A stretch of 63,015 nucleotides of DNA, filler included, from Octopus bimaculoides (GCF_001194135.2; 4 parts of 4 records of this genome joined end to end with filler, not necessarily neighbours in it); one strand, 5' to 3'; positions 52,032 through 62,696 are shown, counted from the whole stretch's first letter. Notes: generated by a model from the letters alone, not told the origin. Numbers and translations: made by a program.

Positions 52032-52951
52032 CTTTTTTATATTATACATTTTTAAAAATAGTTTTCAGATATTTTTTTTTGTAATTTAGAAACTCGAAAA
52101 AAAAATTTTTTGTTATTTATTTCAGAATTTTTCTCCTTTTTTACCCCTCAGCAAAAAAAAAAAAAAAAAATACAGTAATACGTATTCGTTTTTTAGTGAT
52201 ATATTCCGATAATTTTTTTCGGAGAATTTTCCAAGACAAAATACTCGAGTCAAATAATGACAATAATGTGTATTTACTATTAAATGATGAGTATTGTATT
52301 CTTTCGCTTTCTATAATGAAAATAATGTGATAAATGAAAGGTACATTCTCTCTGAAAAACATTTGTCCAGAGGAATTTTCTTATAAGACCCAAATATGTT
52401 GATTTACTGCAAATTGTCTTGTGAATGGCTTCCCAACGAATAGAAATACCAGAATTATTTGTCCATCTTTAAACTAGTTTACATTATTAGGCCTATTGTC
52501 TCGGCAACTTTTTTTGGCAATCTAATTTATAAGATACTCAAAAATTTGGTCAGTGCTATAATAAATCCAGAATTCTTTGTTCCAGTTGTATTGTCCAAAC
52601 AATTTGAGGGTGTGTGCTTAGGTAAACGCTCGACTTTATCCTCCTATCGTTTCCTTTCTTTTGTTAATGTTCGCTCATCTGTGGTGGGCAGCGTGGACTG
52701 GCTTGAAAAGGAAAGTGGGTGAAGCTCTACTATTGTTGAAGGGCTTGGAGTGTAGTTAATAGCACATCATCATCATCATCATTTAACACTGAAATTTAAC
52801 ACTGAAAGCCACAACAGCATTAACGTTATCACTCTTCTTCATAGGACTATACTATCTAAAAATGTCGATTAAATGATTTTACAGTAGTTATTTCTCTTGT
52901 TTGTTCTGCTTGAAGGATTCAAAGTGAAGTGGCAATTAACATACTAAATGT

Positions 52952-53300
52952 CATCATCATCATCATCATCACCATCTGTTTCCCATGCTGGCAGGGGTTG
53001 GACGGTTTGACTGAGGTCTAGAGAGCCAGCAGCTGCACCAGGCTCCAATCTGGTCAGGCAGGGTTTCTACAGCTGGATGCCCTTCCTAATGCCAGCCACT
53101 CCGAGAGTGTAGTGGGTGCTTTTTACATGCCACAGGGGCCAGTCAGCAGGTACTGGCATTGGCCACATTCAGTTGGTGCTTTTTACACGCCACCAGCAGC
53201 AGAGCCAGTAAGGCGGGCCTGGCAACGAACACATTCAGATGGTGCTTTTTACGTGCCACCAGCACAGGAACCAGTCAGGCAGACCTGGCATTGACAGGAC
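52952..53300 (-). mobile_element. RTE-clade LINE 3' end between BUB3 and HACD3
   Basis: (CAT)n tail plus about 3 internal ~65-bp repeats. Confidence 0.8.
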
Positions 53301-53433
53301 ACTACCTCTCTTCCTTCGACTAGCTTATATAAAACATATATTTCTCTGGTTTCAAGTCTGTAATATTTTCAATAATTCCAGGATATAAAAGAGATGAAAA
53401 AATCTTAAAAGTCAATAATAAATGTTTGTTAAT

Positions 53434-53439
53434 TTTATT
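53434..53439 (-). terminator. candidate BUB3 polyadenylation signal AATAAA
   Basis: AATAAA on the minus strand about 35 nt after the stop, followed by U-rich sequence. Actual use is not shown. Confidence 0.4.
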
Positions 53440-53474
53440 TCAACGTAATTAAAATAAGAAGAAAACTATAATAT

Positions 53475-53634
53475 TTATGATTTAGGTTTGGTTTCTTGAT
53501 CGGTTACATTACGAATGAATACAGTGTCTTCGGGTAAATCCTTCATTTCATCCGATTCATACATATATGAAGATGCTATGGCCAGAGTGCTACCATCGTG
53601 ACTGAAAGCCAATGAAGATATACTGGTTGGATAT
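53475..53634 (-). CDS. BUB3: BUB3 last coding exon ([26 protein letters not shown]...ETKPKS*)
   Basis: Acceptor ttttttcag|A, stop TAA at 53477-53475. Not in the ORF track. Confidence 0.95.
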
Positions 53635-56600
53635 CTGAAAAAAACAACAATAATTTACTCCAGATTCTTTAAGTATTTCAGACATTCTGATACTGGACAT
53701 TATCAGTAGTTTCTCCCCCACCCCATCCCCACCTCTCTCTCACTCTCTTTCAGTCAGCTGAAAACATCTGTGGTTATTACACAACTACCTGGCCCTGTAC
53801 CGTTAAAAATGACGGCTAATTATAGTATTTTATATATAAATAAGGTACAAAATCAAGTTTTTAGTTAAATAGTTTTCTCTAATGAGTTTGTATACGTTTG
53901 TGTAGATGTGTGTGGTTGTAATAATTATTTGTAAAACAACAGATAGAATATGGATGGTAATTCAAATTAATACACTTGTCAATGTTATCAAGTGGTTGTC
54001 TTTTGAGATGTGACATCGGTTAACATTTGTTAATGAAGGAACGCTGGCTCACAGATACAAACATTCACATACTTCCCTTGTACATGCACACACACTTATA
54101 CTCACACAGAGTTGAAACGCTGTTTGATTTTTCTTTTCAGCATTGAATGTTCACCATCCCACATCCAATTGCACACACACACAACTCCCTTTTACATACA
54201 CAGAGTTGAAATGCTGTTTGATTTTTTTTCAACCCCTTCCTTTCTCATTCATATGTTGTGACAGAGAAAAACACAACATATAGTAGAAGATACACGACGC
54301 TCTCTTTGCCACTCCTCTCTCTCATTGCTCTTACTTTCCCTCACTCCTTCTCAGTCATGGCTATTACTCTCACTACTTCTCCTTCACTGAATTACTATTT
54401 TCTCTCCTCTCTCTTCACTTATACCACTCTTTCTCCTACTGCATGATTTTGGACAAATATATAAAACACTACGCTCGTTATTATATTAGGAGACTCTTCA
54501 ATCTGTCTTACTGGAATGGAAACCAATACAAAATCATGGATGAACATACACTTCTCAAAATACCAGCATGGATGGAGACTGTGTGGATAGGAACAAGAGG
54601 AAGAGTAGGGGGGGGGCTGCAGTGTTACCATTTGACTGTGGCCATGCTGGGCTCATTTTTTAAAACCCAGTACTTATTCTATCAGACCTTTTACCAAACT
54701 GCTAAGTTATGGGGATGTCAAATGGTAGTAGTGCAGGACAGACACAAAGACACACACGCAATAGGCTTCTTTCAGTTTCCATCTACCAAATCCACTCATA
54801 AGGCTTTAGTTGGCTCAAGACTATAGTAGAAGACATTTGCTCAAGGTGCCATGCAGTAGGACTGAACCCAGAGCCATGAGGTTGAGAAGCCAACTTCTTA
54901 CCACACAGGCATGCATAAAAAGAGGCTCTTTGAAATTCATATAAAAAATATTAACTGGTAAACATATTTGCTAACCTGTCTTTTCCATCTGTCTCAACTG
55001 GTTATGCACCTAAGTAAGCAAATGCACAATTTTAAAATTTATTAACATTGCTATCTCAAAAAAACCTTTGTATTGACTTACTTATGAAACTGACAGAGTC
55101 TTTTCTTGTTGAAGCCATCCCATATATTTACAAACCCATCAGAACCACCTGTGGCAAATGTGTTATGAGTATTGTGGAAAGCAATAGAATTCACTGGATA
55201 AATTTTCTCAACACCATTTTCTTTAATTCGATGACATTTGAAAGCATATTTCTTCTTTTGCACTTCAGGACTGGGATCAAGGTATTCAACAGCAACTCGA
55301 CCTAAAATCAAAAATGAAATAAAGCATCATCATCATCATCATCATCATTGTTTAACGTGCGTTTTCCATGCTGGTATGGATTGGACAGTTTGACTGGGGA
55401 TCTGGCAAGCCAGGAGTCCGCACCAGGCTCCAATCTGATCTGAGTGTTTCTACAGCTGGATACCCTTCCTAACACCAACTACTCCAAGTGTAGCGGGTGC
55501 ATTTTATGTGCCACCGGCACAGGAGCCAGTCAGACGGTGCTGGCATCGGCCACGTTCGGATGGTGCTTTTTATGTGCCACCAGCACAGGAGCCAGTCAGA
55601 GCAACAGGGCTGGCACAAACCATGTTCGGATGGTGCTTTTTACTTGCCATCAGACCAGCATGGGGAGCCAGTCAGGCGGCACTGGCATCATCCACAACTA
55701 GAATTTCCATTTGATTGTGGTTTGATTTTGATTTTGATGTACTTGACTCAATTGGGGAGTACAAATATTTTGCCAAAAAATGTTGGACACTTTCTACCGA
55801 ATAGTTTATTTAGTGAAGCCACGTTTTTTTAAAGAACGTGGTAATAAGATTTGCACTGAATTTCTCAAATATGAATAGGCTATTTGGGGCAATTTCAGAT
55901 GGGTTGGTTAATATAAGGCCAAAAATTCAGGGTAGTTTTCAGCAGGTTGATAAAAAAAAAGGGTTAAACTCAAGAACTAGAAACATTTAACTGAGTAAAT
56001 AAGATAATGAACAGTCTTACTTCTACACCACTAAACTATGAGGGGGTACAGAAAAGTTCCTGGCTTTAAGGGGGTTGTGAAAGGCCTGATTGGAGGCACA
56101 ACCTTCCGAGTTCTTTTACTGAAGTGAGTCTAAGAGAGGAATATGTTAAATAAAATCATACTGACTCTCCTGTATTTTCTTTTACCCAAAACCAAGAACT
56201 TTTCAGTACCCTCCACCCTCATATGTAAATGATAAAAGGAAGAAAATAACCCACCTTCAATTGAACTCAAAACATATCCTTGTTTGTTTGGAAAACATCT
56301 TATACATCGAGTCTGAAATTTTAAACTTGACTCTCTTCTTTGCTGGACATAGCCAATGTTTCGTAAATCCCATACCAAAACTCTTCTTCCAGCAGTGCCA
56401 ACAACCAATCTGTCACCACACACAGCTAAGGTATACACCTAAAAAGGCAATGTACAAAACACATAACTCTATGGAACTGGAAAAATGAATAAAGCACTTA
56501 CCATTTTACATGGCGTCAGCACCTCTCAGATTGGAGAGGGAGTGGAGGCATGGCCCCATAAAGGATGTCTGTACGTAGGGATGTTTGTAATTTTACTTGG

Positions 56601-58896
56601 CTTGACTTGTCTTCTCATCATCATCGTTTAACGTCCGCCTTCCATGCTGGCATGGGTTGGACTGTTTGATTGAGGACTAGTGAAACCAGAAGGCTGCACC
56701 AGGCTCAATCTGATCTGGCAGTGTTTCTACAGATGGATGCCCTTCCTAACACCAACCACTCCGAGAGTGTAGTGGGTGCTTTTTACGTGCCACCAGCATG
56801 AGGGTCAGTCACACAGTACTGGCTACAGCCATGCTCAAAAAGGTGTTTTTTACGTGCCACCTGCACGGGAGCCAGTCCAGTGGTACTGGCAATGACCTCG
56901 CTCGAATGATTTTGTAACATGCCACCAGCACAAGTGCTAGAAGGCAACGCTGGTAACGATTACTCTCTAATGGTGCTATTTACGGGCCACTAGCATGGAA
57001 GCCAGACAGCTGCTCTGGCAATGAACACGCTCGACAGTGCTGTTAGTGCTCCACTGGCGTGGTGCCAGTCATCGAGTATGGTTCCAGGCTTTAAAATTAA
57101 AAAAATTATTACTGGGGTCGATTCATTCGATCAAAATTCAAGGTGGTGCTCCAGCATGGCTGCAGTCTAATGACTGAAACAAGTAAAAAAAGAGAAAAAA
57201 ATATGGAAAAAGAGAAAAGTACTTTAACCCTTTAGCATTTAGATTACTCTCTCAACTATAATGTTTTATTTATTCACATTGCTTTGGATTAATCATGGAT
57301 TATCCCATGGCTTCAAGATTTCGATAATTTGATTGTTTACTTTTAGAATTGTAGGGTTAGTGTGAGAGGCCGAATCTGGCCAGTTTGAACATGAAACCAG
57401 TAGAATATTTAGGCCAAATATGGCCAGTTTAAATGCCAAAGTGTTAACAGCAAATAAAGCTTAACTTTTTACCAATAGTTTAACAACAGAGTCCAAAGAA
57501 AACAAATGAACTTACTTTATCTGGTTGGGCGAGTCCTCCAGAGCTGCATGGAGATCGTGGGTCCCACAGTTTGACACTGTGATCCCAACTTCCAGTTACA
57601 ATAACATTCACACTCGAACAATACTCTACACAACGGATTGGTGCATCATGTTTACCGACAGTAGTCTCTATAAGAAAGTAACAAGAAAATTTGATAAATC
57701 TACTTCATATCTGAAAATTAGTGGTTATTTGCAAATCCATTCACAGCTTGCTACATCTACCATGGAGTAAAAATATTTTGTTCTTATTCACTTTGATTAT
57801 CTAAATATAAGTGTCATTCTTATTTTATGTCAAAGTAGTCAAAAAGAGGAAAAACAAATATTAATGGAAGACAGAAGCAGTATTAATACCCAAAGGTAAA
57901 ATATCCACCCACTTAAAAGTGGATGTTGTGTTAGAACACAAGAATACTGTAATGTTTGAGGGTTAAAAGGTGACCCCTCCCTTCGGTCATGAATGGCCAT
58001 GGGATTGCACCTAGAAAGTTACCTTCCCAGGCACAAGTCCAGGCAAGGTTGTTTGTGGAAGACCAGCAGTCGCCCATGCATACCAGCTTCTTCTCTCCAT
58101 GCCACCAATGTTATCCAAGGGAAAGGCACAGAGGCCGATACAGCTTGGCACCAGTGACGTCGCAACTTATTTCTACAGTTGAATGAACTGGAGTAACATG
58201 AAAAATGGTTAGCATTAGGAAGGGCATCAAACTGTCCAACCCATGCCAGCACGGAAGACAGACGTTAAAGGATGATGATGATGATGATGATGACTTGAAT
58301 TTATTTTCTCAAATACTCAACAACTCCAAAATACCAAAGATTACCTGGAAAAATACACACCTGCATTAGCATTGAAGTCATATGACTTCAAAGTATCATC
58401 AATGCCACCGCTGTAGACATGAACGGAATCCTAGAAGAAAAATAATAAAAATAAGACAATAAAGTCAAATTGACGGCAAGGAAACAACAAGGAAACAAGG
58501 ATCTTTGAGTTCTTTGATACAAATGACCAGATGGTCTACATCACTAACTTCAAGAAACCGACCAGTCACCTGATCACCTATTAATTTAGGGGTCACAGAA
58601 TATAACCACAATGAACTAACTCTTGGAAAGGGTCAAGTATAAATTCCACACACACACACACAAAAAGAAAACAAATATTGAATTAAAACTTTACTCACAT
58701 GGAAGCAACAATCCAAAACAGCACAACTGTGGTTATACATCATTCTCATATTGTTACTAATAACATCATAAAGGCGTACACTGCTGTCCCATGATGACAC
58801 AAGTAAAAACTGGTTAGAATTGGGTCCAAATTTTACAGCTGAAATACCATCGGTTGGTGGATTCTTCAACTTAAACTCAATGACTTGATCTGACAT
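53475..58896 (-). CDS. BUB3: BUB3 mitotic checkpoint WD40 protein, complete spliced CDS: join(58896-58699,58430-58361,57667-57516,56438-56255,55301-55082,53634-53475)
   Basis: Exons of 198+70+152+184+220+160 = 984 nt give 327 aa with consistent phases and GT-AG introns. The translation carries recognisable BUB3 motifs: [81 protein letters not shown]. Confidence 0.97.
54620..54915 (-). mobile_element. SINE family B in the last BUB3 intron
   Basis: Reverse-complement head and tail. Confidence 0.8.
55082..55301 (-). CDS. BUB3: BUB3 coding exon 5 ([25 protein letters not shown]...KKRLCQFH)
   Basis: Acceptor tgattttag|GT, donor CATAA|gtaagt, 220 nt. Confidence 0.96.
55324..55695 (-). mobile_element. 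RTE-clade LINE 3' end, BUB3 intron
   Basis: (CAT)n tail plus about 3 internal repeats. Confidence 0.8.
56037..56223. mobile_element. mariner-derived MITE with TA TSD in a BUB3 intron
   Basis: TA|tgagggggtacagaaaagttcctgg ... ccaagaacttttcagtaccctccaccctca|TA. Confidence 0.8.
56255..56438 (-). CDS. BUB3: BUB3 coding exon 4 ([19 protein letters not shown]...GYVLSSIE)
   Basis: Acceptor gcctttttag|GTG, donor GAAG|gtgggt, 184 nt. Confidence 0.96.
56615..57080 (-). mobile_element. RTE-clade LINE 3' end, BUB3 intron
   Basis: (CAT)n tail plus about 5 internal repeats. Confidence 0.8.
57224..57447. mobile_element. piggyBac-like MITE, same family, opposite orientation, uninterrupted
   Basis: TTAA|CCCTTTAGCATTT ... 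AAATGCCAAAGTG|TTAA. The interior is the reverse complement of the 39314-39747 interior. Confidence 0.8.
57516..57667 (-). CDS. BUB3: BUB3 coding exon 3 ([16 protein letters not shown]...[19 protein letters not shown])
   Basis: Acceptor tttcttatag|AG, donor AAA|gtaagt, 152 nt. Confidence 0.96.
57970..58200 (-). mobile_element. SINE family D, 3' part, BUB3 intron
   Basis: Reverse complement of 1040-1262. Confidence 0.85.
58205..58293 (+). mobile_element. RTE-clade LINE extreme 3' end, BUB3 intron, opposite orientation to 56615-57080
   Basis: ccaacccatgccagcacggaagacagacgttaaagg(ATG)n. Confidence 0.8.
58361..58430 (-). CDS. BUB3: BUB3 coding exon 2 ([23 protein letters not shown])
   Basis: Acceptor tttcttctag|GAT, donor GCAG|gtgtgt, 70 nt, ends in phase 1. 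Not in the ORF track. Confidence 0.92.
58699..58896 (-). CDS. BUB3: BUB3 coding exon 1 ([19 protein letters not shown]...VLDCCFH)
   Basis: ATG at 58896. An acceptor ttttcag lies 17 nt upstream (exon edge 58913), implying an upstream non-coding exon. Donor CAT|gtgagt. Confidence 0.96.
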
Positions 58897-59027
58897 AGTG
58901 AATATCAGGAGATCTGAAAAGACAAATTTTAAAAATACAAGTAATATTTAAGATTTCAAAAAAAAAAAAAAAAAAAAAAAAAACAGGTGGTTTCATGGCA
59001 AATAAGTCGGAAGATGAACTACTATAA

Positions 59028-59058
59028 ATACGCATGAACTTTCCGGACAACCCAATTT
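59028..59058. mobile_element. solo mariner terminal inverted repeat
   Basis: gcatgaactttccggacaacccaat matches the end of the 29637-30780 mariner (aaccttctggacaacctaat). Confidence 0.55.
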
Positions 59059-59619
59059 GTACGTACGTAAGTACCTATGTACGTCTGTACGTACCTATGT
59101 ACCTATGTATGTACAGAAACGCTGCATGTCAAAAACTGCCGTCAACTTAACAAACCCCGCCTCTTTGCTTGATGCTACGTATTCCTCACACCCACCGCCC
59201 TTTTCTTTCCTTGGCATTCTGAAAGTCACATATGTATATATATATTAGTGTGCGTGTGTATGTATTCATGTACTTATATATTTACGTACGTACGTACGTT
59301 TGCAGCGTCCATCATAATATATACGTTGTCATCTTTCACTAAGCCCTGCCCACTTCTTGGAAATGTCCAACTTTAAATTATAAAACTTAACTTTTACCTT
59401 CTCCTTTCATTCAAGTCCAGGGCAACCCAGCCTTACACATGGCTTGTAAGAGTCAAAATAGACTGATAAGAGTTTTAGAAGTTATAAGAGAGGATAGGAT
59501 ATGTGGTACTCAGGCATTATTACTGCAATTATATTTCAGAAATGTCCTTACTTTAATAATTTTGTTTTCTTTGAAACTGAGGGTTTATATTGAAATGGTT
59601 AATTTATTTCAAGGCGAAT

Positions 59620-60000
59620 ACATGGCCGTGTGGTAAGAAGCTTGCTTCCCAACCACACGGTTCCAGGTTCAGTCTTACTGCGTGGTACCTAGGGGAAGTG
59701 TCTTTTACTATAGCTTCAGGCCGACCAAAACCTTGAGTGGATTTGGTAGACGGAAACTGAAAGAAGCCTGTCGTGCACGTATATAGGCTATGTTTCCCGT
59801 TTATATGCGTGTGTTTGTCTCCCATCAACGCGTGACAACCGGTGCTGGTGTGTTTACGGCTCCGTAATTTAGAGGTTCGGAAAAATACGATAAAATAAGT
59901 ACCAGGCTTAAAAAAAAATAATGGGGGTTATTCATTCGACTAAAAATTCTTCAAAGCTGTGCCCCAGCATGGCCGCGGTCTAGTGACTGAAACAAAAGAT
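59620..60000 (+). mobile_element. SINE family B, full length, upstream of the BUB3 ATG
   Basis: tRNA-like head ggcgaatacatggccgtgtggtaagaagc...ggttccaggttcagtc through to tagtgactgaaacaaaag. Confidence 0.85.
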
Positions 60001-60618
60001 ATTGAAGAACTGGTGAAACATGTTTGTTTTAAAAACACCAAGAAAATGTCTTCAGAGAAATGGTAAGAAATCCTGAAAGAACATTTTTGTAAAGACTGAA
60101 ATTCCTCAGGTAAACAACATAATGTTGTTCAATGATTGCTTCCAGTGATTGTGGACGGGGAAATTCTAAGTTAATTAATAGAATCGGTACAAGTTTGCAG
60201 TAAAGGAATATAATTGGTGAAAGTGGTGACATTTGTTTGAGAATACAATTCCAGTAAAATAATATTGTTTAATAATTGTGATGACGATGGGAAGGAGAAT
60301 GATCTTTTCAATCAGAGATGATGAAAGACGGAAGCTAGGGTGCCTGGAAATTGTAAAGTATTGCGTGAGAAGTGAAATGATAGGTAAGATTCACAGCAGT
60401 GGGGTTACTAAAAGAGTAAAAAGGGCTCAAGGAAGAAAAAATAAAGGAAATTTGGTCAGGTATGGTTCTCTGCCAAACTGGAAGTGTTTTAAAAAAGTAT
60501 TTCTATTTAATGAAAGACAACATTCATGCAGAAAGCAAAATAAGGAAACTATTAATAAAATGAAACCCAATTCTAATAAATTTACTATGATTTCGAAACC
60601 GATTGTTTATAGTAAATT

Positions 60619-60627
60619 GCCGCCAAA
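60619..60627 (-). promoter_or_regulatory. E2F-like motif TTTGGCGGC, possible BUB3 promoter element
   Basis: Motif match in a CpG-retaining region 1.7 kb upstream of the BUB3 ATG. The TSS is unknown. Confidence 0.2.
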
Positions 60628-60968
60628 CCATCGGATCGGATTAACAAAGAATGCAAGAACCAAAGAAGAAAGAATTTTATTTAATCCTTCGATAATTCCA
60701 GAAGCATATAACCAATACAATTATTAATTCTGAACAATAAACTATGGCATTTTCAATATCGATCACCACCGAAGCAAGTAATTCCTTTCAATCAGATTAC
60801 AATTTATTCTGTTGTCATTGATTCCATCTGAAGGAAGGTTCGGCGATTTTTTCTTAAATAAACAATTTCGAAATGAATTTTCAATTTAGAAAAAAATTTC
60901 AGTTTCATATTATAACGAAGTTTTAGTCCCTAACCAATTCCCAACTCATTTTTTAACTGTTTACATAT

Positions 60969-61068
60969 NNNNNNNNNNNNNNNNNNNNNNNNNNNNNNNN
61001 NNNNNNNNNNNNTTAATTAATTAANNNNNNNNNNNNNNNNNNNNNNNNNNNNNNNNNNNNNNNNNNNN
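60969..61068. other. artificial 100-bp scaffold-join spacer (44N-TTAATTAATTAA-44N)
   Basis: Exact 44/12/44 layout. Confidence 0.93.
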
Positions 61069-61285
61069 TGTCTGTGTTTGCCCCCCCCCCCAACATCGCT
61101 TGACAACCGATGCTGGTGTGTTTACGTCCCCGTAACTTAGCGGTTCGGCAAAAGGGGGACCGATAGAATAAGTACTAGGCATCCAAAGAATAAGTCCTAG
61201 GGGGGTCGATTTTCTCGACTAAAAGCGGTGCTCCAGCATGGCCACAGTCAAATGACTGAAACCAGTAAAAGAGTAAAAGAAAGAG
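61069..61285 (+). mobile_element. SINE family B, 3' half
   Basis: Near-consensus, CpG-rich copy next to the spacer. Confidence 0.85.
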
Positions 61286-61804
61286 TAAGAGGCAAACTTT
61301 CTGAAGAAGCTCTGCAGGACATTCCATCCCCATCTCCCCCAACCATTTGTCTACATCTTTGCTCACAGTTCTTAATGCACCAATTATTATACGCACAAGC
61401 TTTACAGCCTTCATATTCCAAATTCTTGTAATTTCTAATTTTAAAGGATTATATATTTTAAATTTCTCATCTTTTTTCTTTACAATCCCGGAATCAAAAG
61501 GACATGAGGGGTAAACCAGTAAGCAACTTCGCTTTACCCTTGTCTATTATTGTTATATCGAGTTTATTATGTTCTAGCTCCTTAACTTTTTAAATAAGAA
61601 AATCACATAAAATCTTGCATTATTATTATTATTTTGTTTGACTTTTGTTTTGCATTTGTACACGTTGGATCCAAGTCTCACCCANNNNNNNNNNNNNNNN
61701 NNNNNNNNNNNNNNNNNNNNNNNNNNNNNNNNNNNNNNNNNNNNNNNNNNNNNNNNNNNNNNNNNNNNNNNNNNNNNNNNNNNNTATATATATATATATG
61801 TATA

Positions 61805-61970
61805 TATATACGACTGGCTTCTTTCTGTTTCCGTCTACAATTTTCATTCAAAAGGCTTAGGTTGACCTGAAGCTTTAGTAGAAGACACTTGCCCAAGATG
61901 CCACGTAGTGGGATTGAATCCTGAACTATATTGTTGGGAAGCAAGCTTCTAACCGCATGACCACGCCTTC
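61805..61970 (-). mobile_element. SINE family B, 5' half
   Basis: Reverse-complement head next to a (TA)n gap. Confidence 0.8.
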
Positions 61971-62537
61971 GTCAAAATTTTAACAACGCATTACAAGTGA
62001 CGTTGTTTTGGAGTCATCTGTTCCCACATAACCTGTTAGGTGAGTCAAGCATTTATTGTCAAGATTGTCAAATATACTCAATAACACGACTTTGTTTTTT
62101 TTTTTAAACAAAGGCATACATGCACACATCAATTTGTTTACATAAACACATACATCAAATATATAATATGTATATATATATACGTGAGTGTAAGTGTGAA
62201 TGTGAGTTTGCATGTGTATAGAGGTACGTATGCATACCGTTGTATTACTCTATGAACATTCAGTTGTGAATGTTTTTATATCGTTTCACCTTAATCTATT
62301 CTTGCTAGTCGGAGAAGCTATTCCGGAGAAGACTTTGCACCTAGCTGATAGCATTTAAACAAGTAAGTGTTGTTACAATTACTACTGTCTTACTAATAAT
62401 AAGAAGCTACGGCTGACTTTCTGTGGTACTATGTGTGTGTGTATGTGTGTGTGAGAGAGAGAGAGAGAGAGTTTTGGGGAGTATATTATACAGGCGGATA
62501 CCGTGGCTGCTTTTAATTATGTTCCAGGTTACAGCTT

Positions 62538-62615
62538 TTTAACTTGTATACCTATTATTAGTCTTTAACCTGTATGCCTATTATTAGTCTTTAACTTGTA
62601 TGTCTATTATTAGTC
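62538..62615. repeat. 26-bp minisatellite, 3 copies
   Basis: Unit tttaacttgtatacctattattagtc. Confidence 0.9.
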
Positions 62616-62696
62616 ACTCACTCTGAGTGACAATTATTGGTCACTTACAATTATTATCACATTCATGCTGTAATTCCGATGGGTAATTCCGTGTTC

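Noticed and set aside
56130-56254. Extension of the BUB3 ORF beyond IEG in the supplied track
   Set aside because: This is read-through into the intron and MITE. The homologous sequence resumes at 55301.
56770-57075. CRISPR-like repeat/spacer pattern
   Set aside because: The whole unit is repeated imperfectly with no unique spacers, it lies within an RTE UTR, and the context is eukaryotic with no cas genes.
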